8,914 nt of DNA from Candidatus Electronema aureum (GTDB lineage Bacteria > Desulfobacterota > Desulfobulbia > Desulfobulbales > Desulfobulbaceae). Position numbers and translations under genes: made by a program. The notes below the pieces were generated by a model. It ran no database searches and was not told the DNA's origin. It was given only the letters and a program-made list of their open reading frames with translations. This document shows positions 1 to 5,614 of the stretch, piece by piece (position 1 is the stretch's first letter; each line of letters begins with the position of its first letter). The stretch is taken from assembly GCA_004284765.1 (NCBI GenBank), contig NQJD01000061.1:1-8914 (forward strand), in the 5' to 3' direction.

Positions 1-187
1 AGTATGCGAAGATGTCCTTATCACATTCGAGTTTGAAATACTCGCCGCAGATTTCCATAGTGATGACTTCTTCATCTGTTAAGGCAGGGTTAAATCCGCC
101 CCGCCGCAGCCGACATTGCTGCCTGATGACACCGTATTGTTCACAGACAAGCAGAAAGACAGCAATAACAAAATCGTCTCGATCCAT
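1..187 (-). CDS. DDE transposase, N-terminal 62 codons only (gene continues off the left edge); IS4/IS5/IS982-like
   Basis: Absent from the ORF track because it runs off the window. Minus-strand ATG at 187-185, AAGGAG SD at 200-195 with a 7-nt spacer, open to position 1: MDRDDFVIAVFLLVCEQYGVIRQQCRLRRGGFNPALTDEEVITMEICGEYFKLECDKDIFAY. The RGGF-P-L-[ST]D-EE-ITMEI-GE-F pattern is one I recognise from N-termini of single-ORF DDE transposases. Family assignment is from memory only. Confidence 0.55.
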   Translation of the reverse strand, partial: MDRDDFVIAVFLLVCEQYGVIRQQCRLRRGGFNPALTDEEVITMEICGEYFKLECDKDIFAY

Positions 188-262
188 TGGCGCACTCCTT
201 GTGAATAGGGCTTAGATACCACTATTCTACAGGATGCGCCCAATGGATCGGGCATCTTTTTT

Positions 263-281
263 AAGAGTTGCACATTAGGTA
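263..281. repeat. Left copy of a perfect 19-bp inverted repeat (AAGAGTTGCACATTAGGTA), putative IS terminal IR
   Basis: Exact reverse complement of 8789-8807. Identity stops on both sides (262/8808 and 282/8788 mismatch). Confidence 0.75.
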
Positions 282-320
282 GCAGGCAATCTCGCCTGCT
301 TCTGTGAGCGTATCCGCAAA
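281..320 (+). promoter_or_regulatory. Hairpin plus conserved box upstream of small ORF A (copy 1 of a 37-nt conserved element)
   Basis: Stem AGCAGGC (281-287) / GCCTGCT (294-300) with loop AATCTC. 284-320 matches 829-865 at 33 of 37 positions, including the identical 21-mer TCTGTGAGCGTATCCGCA-context. Function unknown: 5' UTR structure, operator, or RNA stabiliser/terminator of a lost upstream unit. Confidence 0.4.
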
Positions 321-333
321 ATGAGAAATCGCA

Positions 334-555
334 ATGAACGAGAATACAACACATCCTAACAGTAATTGCCAGCCAAATTGCCAGCCAGAGAATGACTCGC
401 AAAAAGGGAAGGATAAGCACAACGAGGATACGAAGCACACTGATCATCAAAAGATGAAAGATGATGACAAAGCGAAGGATAAGCATAAAGAGGACACGAA
501 GCACGCTGATCAGCAGAAGATGAAAGATGAAAAAGCACCGGGACAGCAGGCGTAA
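334..555 (+). CDS. Small hydrophilic K/D/E/H-rich protein, cassette A (73 aa)
   Basis: ORF-track ORF. N-terminus MNENTTHPN is paralogous to MHENTGQPN (654) and MNDDIEQPN (888). The start context AATCGCAATGAA is shared by all three and all end Ala-stop. No hydrophobic segment, and the composition suggests disorder. Weak SD (GAGA). Confidence 0.55.
   Translation: MNENTTHPNSNCQPNCQPENDSQKGKDKHNEDTKHTDHQKMKDDDKAKDKHKEDTKHADQQKMKDEKAPGQQA
409..540 (+). repeat. In-frame 66-nt (22-codon) tandem duplication inside ORF A
   Basis: 409-474 encodes KDKHNEDTKHTDHQKMKDDDKA and 475-540 encodes KDKHKEDTKHADQQKMKDEKAP, with high nucleotide identity. A perfect 12-nt x2 repeat lies at 364-387 (AATTGCCAGCCA, NCQP NCQP). 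Confidence 0.8.
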
Positions 556-583
556 CAAATTCAGCGTGAAGAGATGACGTGAA

Positions 584-613
584 AGAGGCAGGTAATTTAT
601 ACCCTGTCTTTTT
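584..613 (+). terminator. Candidate intrinsic terminator / attenuator between cassettes A and B
   Basis: Stem GGCAGG (587-592) / CCTGTC (603-608) with one G-U pair and a 10-nt loop, followed directly by TTTTT (609-613). Confidence 0.45.
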
Positions 614-653
614 GAAGCCTATTGTCAAAAAAATCAGCAAAGGAGAAGTCGCA

Positions 654-809
654 ATGCACGAGAATACAGGGCAACCGAATAAGAAGAGTCAGCCAGAAGG
701 TGACTTTCCAAAGAATACTGGTAAGCATAACGATGATCGCCAGAAGGCGAGAGATGAAGAGAGAGATAAAAGAGCAGCGGACAAGAATACTGAAAAAGTG
801 CAAGCGTGA
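654..809 (+). CDS. Small hydrophilic K/D/E-rich protein, cassette B (51 aa)
   Basis: The track lists 579-809, but the upstream part spans the terminator-like hairpin. The ATG at 654 has AGGAG (641-645) 8 nt upstream and gives MHENTGQPNKKSQPEGDFPKNTGKHNDDRQKARDEERDKRAADKNTEKVQA, parallel to A and C. Confidence 0.5.
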   Translation: MHENTGQPNKKSQPEGDFPKNTGKHNDDRQKARDEERDKRAADKNTEKVQA

Positions 810-821
810 AAGGATAAAGCA

Positions 822-865
822 AGAGACGAGGCAATCTTGCCTGTCTCTGTGAGCGTATCCGCAGA
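822..865 (+). promoter_or_regulatory. Hairpin plus conserved box upstream of small ORF C (copy 2 of the 37-nt element)
   Basis: Stem AGAGAC-g-AGGCAA (822-834) / TTGCCT-GTCTCT (837-848), followed by GTGAGCGTATCCGCA identical to 304-318. The outer stem arms differ from copy 1 on both sides while pairing is retained. Confidence 0.4.
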
Positions 866-887
866 GTTTGAGTAAAGGAAAATCGCA

Positions 888-1046
888 ATGAATGATGATA
901 TTGAGCAACCGAACAATGATGCACAGAAAGTGAAATCAACAACTGGTGCTGCTCCAGCAAAGCAGGATGATCACAAGAAGAAAGAAGACAAGCATGAGAA
1001 ACCGGCTGACAAAAAAGCCGACAAGGGACATGGTCATCACGCGTAA
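888..1046 (+). CDS. Small hydrophilic K/D/H-rich protein, cassette C (52 aa)
   Basis: Absent from the ORF track (below its length cutoff). ATG 888 with AAGGA (875-879) 8 nt upstream. Translation by hand: MNDDIEQPNNDAQKVKSTTGAAPAKQDDHKKKEDKHEKPADKKADKGHGHHA, stop TAA 1044-1046. Same start context, N-terminal motif and Ala-stop ending as A and B. Confidence 0.5.
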   Translation: MNDDIEQPNNDAQKVKSTTGAAPAKQDDHKKKEDKHEKPADKKADKGHGHHA

Positions 1047-1132
1047 ACGATTGAGCGTGAAAGGATGAAGTAAAAAAACTCCCTGTCTCTTGCAGGCATA
1101 AGTTGAGAAGGCAAAAAACAAAAAGGAATATA

Positions 1133-1906
1133 ATGAAAAAAATGTATTTATTGACTGTAGCGACCGCAGCGGTTGTGTTAGTAGCAAACGGCATACCTGT
1201 AGTAGCAGCTGAGATGGATGACCGCATTGAATCTTCGTTCAAAGAGAGCTTCATTTACAAAAAATATCTGAAGGATGAAAATATCAAGATCAGTTCAAGA
1301 GAAGGAGCCATCATTCTCTCAGGTAGCGTGTCTGACGAAAGCGACAAACTCATCGCCTATAACATCGCCGAAGCTCTGCCTGATATCAAGAGCGTGGATA
1401 ATCGGATTGAGATCACCGGAAATCGTCCAGATGAGAAATCTGACATTTGGATCAGCATGAAGGTAAAAGGCGCACTGATGTATCATCGCAATGTGAACTC
1501 CATGAAGACAGAGGTTAGTGTCAAAGATGGCATTGTAACCTTGAAAGGCGAAGCCGCCAGTCAGGCACAAAAGGAACTCACTGCTGAGTATGCCAAAGAT
1601 ATTGATGGAGTAAAAGAAGTAAGCAACGAGATGACGATAGCAGCGGCTCCTGAACCCGCACCTCAGACGATGACCGAGAAGATTGACGATGCTTCGGTCA
1701 CTGCTCAGGTCAGGATGGCATTGCTGACTCATAATTCGACCAGATATGTCAACACTAAGATTGTCACCAAAGATGGCGAGGTGACATTGACCGGCATTGC
1801 CAAGAATGATGCTGAAAAGTCTTTAGTCACCAAACTCGTTACCGACATTCAAGGTGTGGTCAGCGTGAAAAATCAGATGACGGTCGAAGAGGTAAAGACT
1901 AAGTAG
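1133..1906 (+). CDS. Periplasmic BON-domain protein (three BON repeats, OsmY-like)
   Basis: The track ORF 1103-1906 starts at TTG. ATG 1133 with AAGGA 5 nt upstream gives a clean signal peptide, MKKMYLLTVATAAVVLVANGIPVVAA. Three repeats follow of the BON pattern (hydrophobic strand-G-x-V-x-L-x-G-helix-...-V-x-G-V-x-x-V-x-N-x-[IM]), e.g. DGIVTLKGEAASQAQKELTAEYAKDIDGVKEVSNEMTI. Confidence 0.85.
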   Translation: MKKMYLLTVATAAVVLVANGIPVVAAEMDDRIESSFKESFIYKKYLKDENIKISSREGAIILSGSVSDESDKLIAYNIAEALPDIKSVDNRIEITGNRPDEKSDIWISMKVKGALMYHRNVNSMKTEVSVKDGIVTLKGEAASQAQKELTAEYAKDIDGVKEVSNEMTIAAAPEPAPQTMTEKIDDASVTAQVRMALLTHNSTRYVNTKIVTKDGEVTLTGIAKNDAEKSLVTKLVTDIQGVVSVKNQMTVEEVKTK

Positions 1907-1983
1907 CCTGGCGGCTGTAGCAAATGTTTTAAGAGTCAGCCGTGCATAAGCACAAAGCCGGACAGTTTAAAAGGAGCAGTAGC

Positions 1984-2142
1984 ATGAATATTACAATGAT
2001 CTTGGCGATTGTGCTGGTTCTTTTTTTCGTCGGGGCTTTACCCACATGGCCCCACAGCAGAAGTTGGGGTTACTATCCAAGCAGCGGGCTTGGACTTGTT
2101 GTTTTAGTTCTGGTCGTGCTGATTCTATCGGGGCGGATGTAA
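1984..2142 (+). CDS. DUF3309 family small membrane protein (52 aa)
   Basis: ATG 1984 with AAGGAG (1971-1976). MNITMILAIVLVLFFVGALPTWPHSRSWGYYPSSGLGLVVLVLVVLILSGRM carries the GALPTWP-SR-WGY-PSGGLG signature recognised for DUF3309. The track start at 1942 is an upstream GTG extension. Confidence 0.8.
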   Translation: MNITMILAIVLVLFFVGALPTWPHSRSWGYYPSSGLGLVVLVLVVLILSGRM

Positions 2143-2200
2143 TTTATTTGTGGTTTTGATGAGTTATATTTTTGGGTTCTTTCATTCATAAGGAGGTACC

Positions 2201-2647
2201 ATGAATACACTACGTTTTGTAAAGTTTTGCGCTATTGCCGCAGCAGGTTTGTGTCTCAGTTTTGTTTTTACTAATGAAAGTTCAGCGAGAGAGAGGGAAA
2301 CTCAGTATAATTCCACCCAAGAGCGTCGATATCAGCAGAAGAATGCGAGGCAAGAAAGGCGCGGATCGTATTTCAACGACAACGGCTATACGCATCTCAA
2401 TATTCCGGCAAGGCATTATCCACGGCTTGGCGAATGCCGCATTTGGTACCCAGATCGTCAGCGGTCTTCTCGAATCAGATGCGGGCAAACGCCTCCTCGT
2501 GGGGCTTGGCTTATTCAGCATCCCAGAAATCGTCCACGCCATGTGTACGTGAATGTATATGAGCCACAGAGTCGGGGCATTGTGTTTAGTATCGGCGAAT
2601 TTGAAATTCGCTCTGGAGCATTCTTGCGCGAGATGCCACACAGATGA
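2201..2647 (+). CDS. Secreted hypothetical protein, Arg/Gln-rich with a Cys pair
   Basis: Strong SD AGGAGG (2191-2196). Signal-peptide-like N-terminus MNTLRFVKFCAIAAAGLCLSFVFTNESSA. The C-terminal half has GECRIWYPDR...CGQTPPRGAWL, a motif seen in uncharacterised proteobacterial proteins. No function assignable. Confidence 0.6.
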   Translation: MNTLRFVKFCAIAAAGLCLSFVFTNESSARERETQYNSTQERRYQQKNARQERRGSYFNDNGYTHLNIPARHYPRLGECRIWYPDRQRSSRIRCGQTPPRGAWLIQHPRNRPRHVYVNVYEPQSRGIVFSIGEFEIRSGAFLREMPHR

Positions 2648-2695
2648 AGAACAAACAAGTAACTATCAGCTGATCTAAACTGAAAGGAGAATGAT

Positions 2696-2842
2696 ATGTG
2701 GACTGTTGCAGTAATACTGTTGGTGTTATGGGCATTAGGATTAGTGAGTAGCTACACAATGGGCGGGCTTATTCATCTCCTGCTGGTTGTTGCTATTATC
2801 GTGGTGTTGCTCAGGGTTATTCAGGGACGACGCGTGGTGTAG
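2696..2842 (+). CDS. lmo0937-family small membrane protein (48 aa)
   Basis: Absent from the ORF track. ATG 2696 with AGGAG (2685-2689). Hand translation MWTVAVILLVLWALGLVSSYTMGGLIHLLLVVAIIVVLLRVIQGRRVV, stop TAG 2840-2842. The W-x-x-x-VILLVLW...GGLIHLLLV...GRR pattern is the lmo0937/DUF5670-type signature. Confidence 0.75.
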   Translation: MWTVAVILLVLWALGLVSSYTMGGLIHLLLVVAIIVVLLRVIQGRRVV

Positions 2843-2951
2843 GAGGTGACTTTTGGTCGCTGGGTCAAAACTGTTGATGCAGCAGGATAGTCCTTTCCAG
2901 CGGACAGCAAACCTTGTTTTTAATAAATCCATTATCCTCGAAAAGGAAGCT

Positions 2952-3731
2952 ATGAAGACAACCGGAAGAGTTGAACGCAAGGTAGCTGTCGTGACAGGAA
3001 GCGCGTTGGGAATAGGCAGGGCAACTTCTCTGATGTTAGCGAGAGAAGGAGCAAAGGTGGCTGTAACAGATATAAATGATGATGCAGGACAAAAGGTAGT
3101 AGGCGAAATTAAGACGTTCGGTGGAATTGCAAAATACTGGCATGTCGATACTGCTGATGAAGACAGTGTAAGTAGTGCTTTTGCAGAGATTGCCCGTGAG
3201 TTTGGGGCAATAGACATCCTTGTCAACAATGCGGGTATTGCCGGGGTTAATCGTCCTACGCATGAGATCAGTAAAGCGGAATGGGATAACGTCATAGGCG
3301 TGAATGTCGGTGGCGTGTTCCTTTGCACCAAACATGCAATTCCGTTTATGCGAAAAGCTGGCGGAGGAAGCATCATAAACATGTCATCCATTTATGGGAT
3401 AATCGGTGCTGCCGATCTGCCGCCCTATCATGCCTCCAAAGGGGCTGTTCGGCTGATGAGTAAAAATGATGCGTTATTTTATGCAAAGGAAAACATCAGA
3501 GTCAATTCCATACATCCGGGATTTATCTGGACTCCTCTTGTCGAGGAACTGGCTGCAAATTCACCGGAAGGAGCTGAGGCATTCAGAAAGCAGCTTGACA
3601 GTCGTCATCCTATTGGTCATATCGGAGAGCCGGATGATATTGCCTATGGTGTACTGTATCTTGCATCTGATGAGTCTAAATTTATGACCGGCAGCGAACT
3701 GGTCATAGATGGCGGATACACTGCTCAATAA
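2952..3731 (+). CDS. Classical short-chain dehydrogenase/reductase (SDR), glucose 1-dehydrogenase/3-oxoacyl-ACP-reductase-like
   Basis: ATG 2952 after AAGGAAG; the track start at 2853 is an unlikely extension. Cofactor motif TGSALGIG, NNAG, catalytic Ser (NMSS), YHASK (YxxxK), and C-terminal IDGGYTAQ. Confidence 0.9.
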   Translation: MKTTGRVERKVAVVTGSALGIGRATSLMLAREGAKVAVTDINDDAGQKVVGEIKTFGGIAKYWHVDTADEDSVSSAFAEIAREFGAIDILVNNAGIAGVNRPTHEISKAEWDNVIGVNVGGVFLCTKHAIPFMRKAGGGSIINMSSIYGIIGAADLPPYHASKGAVRLMSKNDALFYAKENIRVNSIHPGFIWTPLVEELAANSPEGAEAFRKQLDSRHPIGHIGEPDDIAYGVLYLASDESKFMTGSELVIDGGYTAQ

Positions 3732-3789
3732 CAGTTGCTGACAAATAATGTGCGCATGGTGATGTGCTGATCTCATCTGGAGGTTTGTT

Positions 3790-3990
3790 ATGAAATGGAC
3801 AAGTATTTATCTTATTGGATACATAATTTTAATCGGAGGCATTGTTGCCGCGCTTTGGAAAATGGGAGTCATAGCCAGTATTGGTATGGCATGGACCGTG
3901 ATCGGAGTGGTTATTGTTATCGGCATTGGTGTGATGCTTGCAGTTTCTAACAGTGGTAGCAAAAGAAATATTACTATTGATAGGGAGTAA
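3790..3990 (+). CDS. Small two-TM membrane protein (66 aa), hypothetical
   Basis: GGAGG (3779-3783) 6 nt before the ATG. Two hydrophobic helices (IYLIGYIILIGGIVAALW and WTVIGVVIVIGIGVMLAV). Ends 29 nt before the first DUF3494 gene. Confidence 0.5.
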   Translation: MKWTSIYLIGYIILIGGIVAALWKMGVIASIGMAWTVIGVVIVIGIGVMLAVSNSGSKRNITIDRE

Positions 3991-4019
3991 TCTTGTTTGA
4001 AATCTTACAAAGAGAAAAA

Positions 4020-4799
4020 ATGAATGTATGGCTCCTGATAGCGGAGAAGGGAAAACGATTTTTGCTTGGTCTCGCCTTGATCGTCTTGTTTTGCCAACAC
4101 CAAGCAGAGGCAGGGCAGTTACCTGTTGACTTGCGCTCGGCTGGTTCTTTTGCAATTCTGGCTGGCACGGCAGTCACCAGCACTGGAGGCGGCACGATCA
4201 ATGGAGATGTCGGAGTATGGACCGGCACTTCTTTTGTAGTTGGAGTTCCGCCCGTAATCGTGAAAGGGAAGGTATATTTAGGCGTTCCTATCGCCGCTCA
4301 AGCCCAGACCGACTTGACCACAGCCTATAACGATGCTGCTGGACGGACAAAAGATGTGATCATCTTGCCCGATGAACAGTTAGGCAGCAAGACCTTAGCA
4401 CCTGGCCTCTATAAAACCACGTCGGGTTGGCTGCAAATCACCGGAGGCGATCTTACGCTTGATGCGGGCGGTGATCCAAATGCAGTCTGGATATTCCAGA
4501 TGGCCACCACACTTACCGTGGGAAATGGCTACGGGGTGATTCTGTCAGGCGGTGCGCAGGCTCGTAACGTTTTTTGGCAGGTCGGCAGTTCAGCAACTTT
4601 GGGAACGACTTCTCGCTTTAAAGGGAACATCTTGGCGATGACCGCTATCTCAGTGCAGACTGGCGCAACCTTGGACGGCAGAGCGTTGGCACGGAATGCC
4701 GCTGTCACCTTGGATAGCAACACTCTTGCGCTGCCACCGCCACCCCGACAGTTCATCGACCAGCCTTGGCGGATACTATTAATGAATCCCGCCTTATGA
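4020..4799 (+). CDS. Secreted DUF3494 / ice-binding-like (IBP-1 fold) beta-solenoid protein, paralog 1
   Basis: ATG 4020 gives signal peptide MNVWLLIAEKGKRFLLGLALIVLFCQHQAEA|GQ. Family motifs: AGSFAILAGTAVT, GDVGV, DLTTAYNDAAGR, LAPGLYK, LTLDAGGDPNAVWIFQ, NVFWQVGSSATLGT, FKGNILA, GATLDGRALA, AVTLD. Confidence 0.85.
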   Translation: MNVWLLIAEKGKRFLLGLALIVLFCQHQAEAGQLPVDLRSAGSFAILAGTAVTSTGGGTINGDVGVWTGTSFVVGVPPVIVKGKVYLGVPIAAQAQTDLTTAYNDAAGRTKDVIILPDEQLGSKTLAPGLYKTTSGWLQITGGDLTLDAGGDPNAVWIFQMATTLTVGNGYGVILSGGAQARNVFWQVGSSATLGTTSRFKGNILAMTAISVQTGATLDGRALARNAAVTLDSNTLALPPPPRQFIDQPWRILLMNPAL

Positions 4800-4828
4800 G
4801 AACATCGTAAAGAGACAGAGAACACCCA

Positions 4829-5614
4829 ATGCAAACAATATATGCCCCGCTCTTGATGGCGAAGAGCGCGAAATGGATGTTCGTGGGTTGTGGCCTTGTG
4901 GCTGCTTTATTCTTTTCACGCCAAGATGCGAAGGCAGGTCAAGCACCGGTGCATCTCGGCTCGGCCCACTCTTTCGCGGTTCTTGCTTTCAACACGATCA
5001 CCAATCCCACAGGCGGAGGCACGATTATCGGCGATGTCGGGATATCGCCAGGCACTGCCTTTGATCGCGGCATTCCCCCTGTAAAAGTGAACGGGGCGAT
5101 ACACGTGTACGATGCGGTTGCAGCTCAGGCTATGGCTGATTTAACCACCGCGTATAACGATGCTGCTGGACGACCCAATGCAACTTCAGCTTCGGCAGAC
5201 ATAGGCGGTCTAACCTTGGCTCCGGGTCTCTATAAAGCTCCATCCTCGCTGGCGGTGACCGGGAATCTCACGCTCGATGGTCAAGGCGACTCCAATGCGG
5301 TCTGGATATTCCAGATGGCATCCACGCTCACCGTGGCAAACAACGGTCAGGTGCTTTTGATCAACGGGGCGAAAGCCTGCAACGTCTTTTGGCAGGTTGG
5401 CAGCGCAGCCACGTTGGGAACAAACGCTGTCTTCAAAGGAGACATATTTGCGTCAGCTGCAATCACCCTCCAGCCCGGCGCACGGCTTGACGGCAGGGCC
5501 TTCTCAACGGGTGCCGCAGTCACCTTGAATGGCACCGCCATTGCAAAACAGCCTCCGCAATTCATCGACCAACCTTGGCGGATACTGTTCATGAATAAAG
5601 ATAGGAGTTATTAA
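4829..5614 (+). CDS. Secreted DUF3494 / ice-binding-like beta-solenoid protein, paralog 2
   Basis: Same motif series as paralog 1 (SFAVLA, GDVGISPGTA, DLTTAYNDAAGR, LAPGLYK, LTLDGQGDSNAVWIFQ, NVFWQVGSAATLGT, FKGDIFA, GARLDGRAF, AVTLN). Start uncertain: ATG 4829, or ATG 4856 giving MAKSAKWMFVGCGLVAALFFSRQDAKA|GQ. By-eye identity to paralog 1 is roughly 55-60 percent. Confidence 0.85.
   Translation: MQTIYAPLLMAKSAKWMFVGCGLVAALFFSRQDAKAGQAPVHLGSAHSFAVLAFNTITNPTGGGTIIGDVGISPGTAFDRGIPPVKVNGAIHVYDAVAAQAMADLTTAYNDAAGRPNATSASADIGGLTLAPGLYKAPSSLAVTGNLTLDGQGDSNAVWIFQMASTLTVANNGQVLLINGAKACNVFWQVGSAATLGTNAVFKGDIFASAAITLQPGARLDGRAFSTGAAVTLNGTAIAKQPPQFIDQPWRILFMNKDRSY

Larger units (their letters stand above)
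1..281 (-). mobile_element. Transposase-proximal end of an insertion sequence (rest lies left of the window)
   Basis: Transposase start at 187. A 19-bp sequence at 263-281 recurs as an exact inverted copy at 8789-8807. A 94-nt distance from element tip to ATG is typical of an IS 5' leader. The tip is inferred from where the inverted-repeat identity stops. Confidence 0.5.

Noticed and set aside
12-215. Plus-strand 67-aa ORF at the left edge
   Set aside because: Shadow ORF opposite the transposase N-terminus, which has a strong SD and a recognisable transposase motif.
275-297. Direct similarity between ATTAGGTAGCAGGCAATCTCGCC (275-297) and ATTAGGCAGCAATCAAGCC (8817-8835)
   Set aside because: It requires a gap and several mismatches. 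The ATTAGG part is explained by subterminal self-complementarity of the repeat tip (CCTAAT/ATTAGG), and the rest is within chance expectation.
304-318. TGTGAGCG in the conserved box is identical to the left half of the lac operator (AATTGTGAGCGGATAACAATT)
   Set aside because: It is only an 8-mer match. The right half (TATCCGCA) does not form the LacI dyad, and no LacI-family gene is in the window. Treated as coincidence and noted only as part of the conserved box.
282-1100. Periodic repeats with hairpins, possibly a CRISPR-like array
   Set aside because: The period is about 270-320 bp, the repeated parts are short boxes around real ORFs, and there are no 25-40-bp direct repeats with uniform spacers.
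79-1254. Long minus-strand ORFs 79-558 (159 aa) and 634-1254 (206 aa) covering the cassette region
   Set aside because: They are Leu/Phe/Ile/Ser-rich low-complexity mirror images of the K/E/D-rich plus-strand codons (AAG/GAA/GAT read backwards). They lack an SD, cross hairpins and the BON start, and have no paralog-conserved termini, unlike the plus-strand cassettes.
2235-2641. ORFs 2235-2552 (+) and 2282-2641 (-) overlapping the secreted-protein gene
   Set aside because: The 2201-2647 frame has the strong AGGAGG SD and a signal peptide. The alternatives lack both.
2741-3391. 216-aa minus-strand ORF opposite the SDR gene, plus 3036-3335 and 3561-3776
   Set aside because: They lie antisense to a gene with complete SDR catalytic motifs. 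They have no SD, and their Ala/Pro/Ser/Thr-rich composition is typical of shadow frames.
4529-5592. Minus-strand ORFs 4529-4834 and 5347-5592 that resemble each other (…NSIRQGWSMNC…)
   Set aside because: Their similarity simply mirrors the conserved 3' ends of the two DUF3494 paralogs on the plus strand, so they are shadow ORFs.
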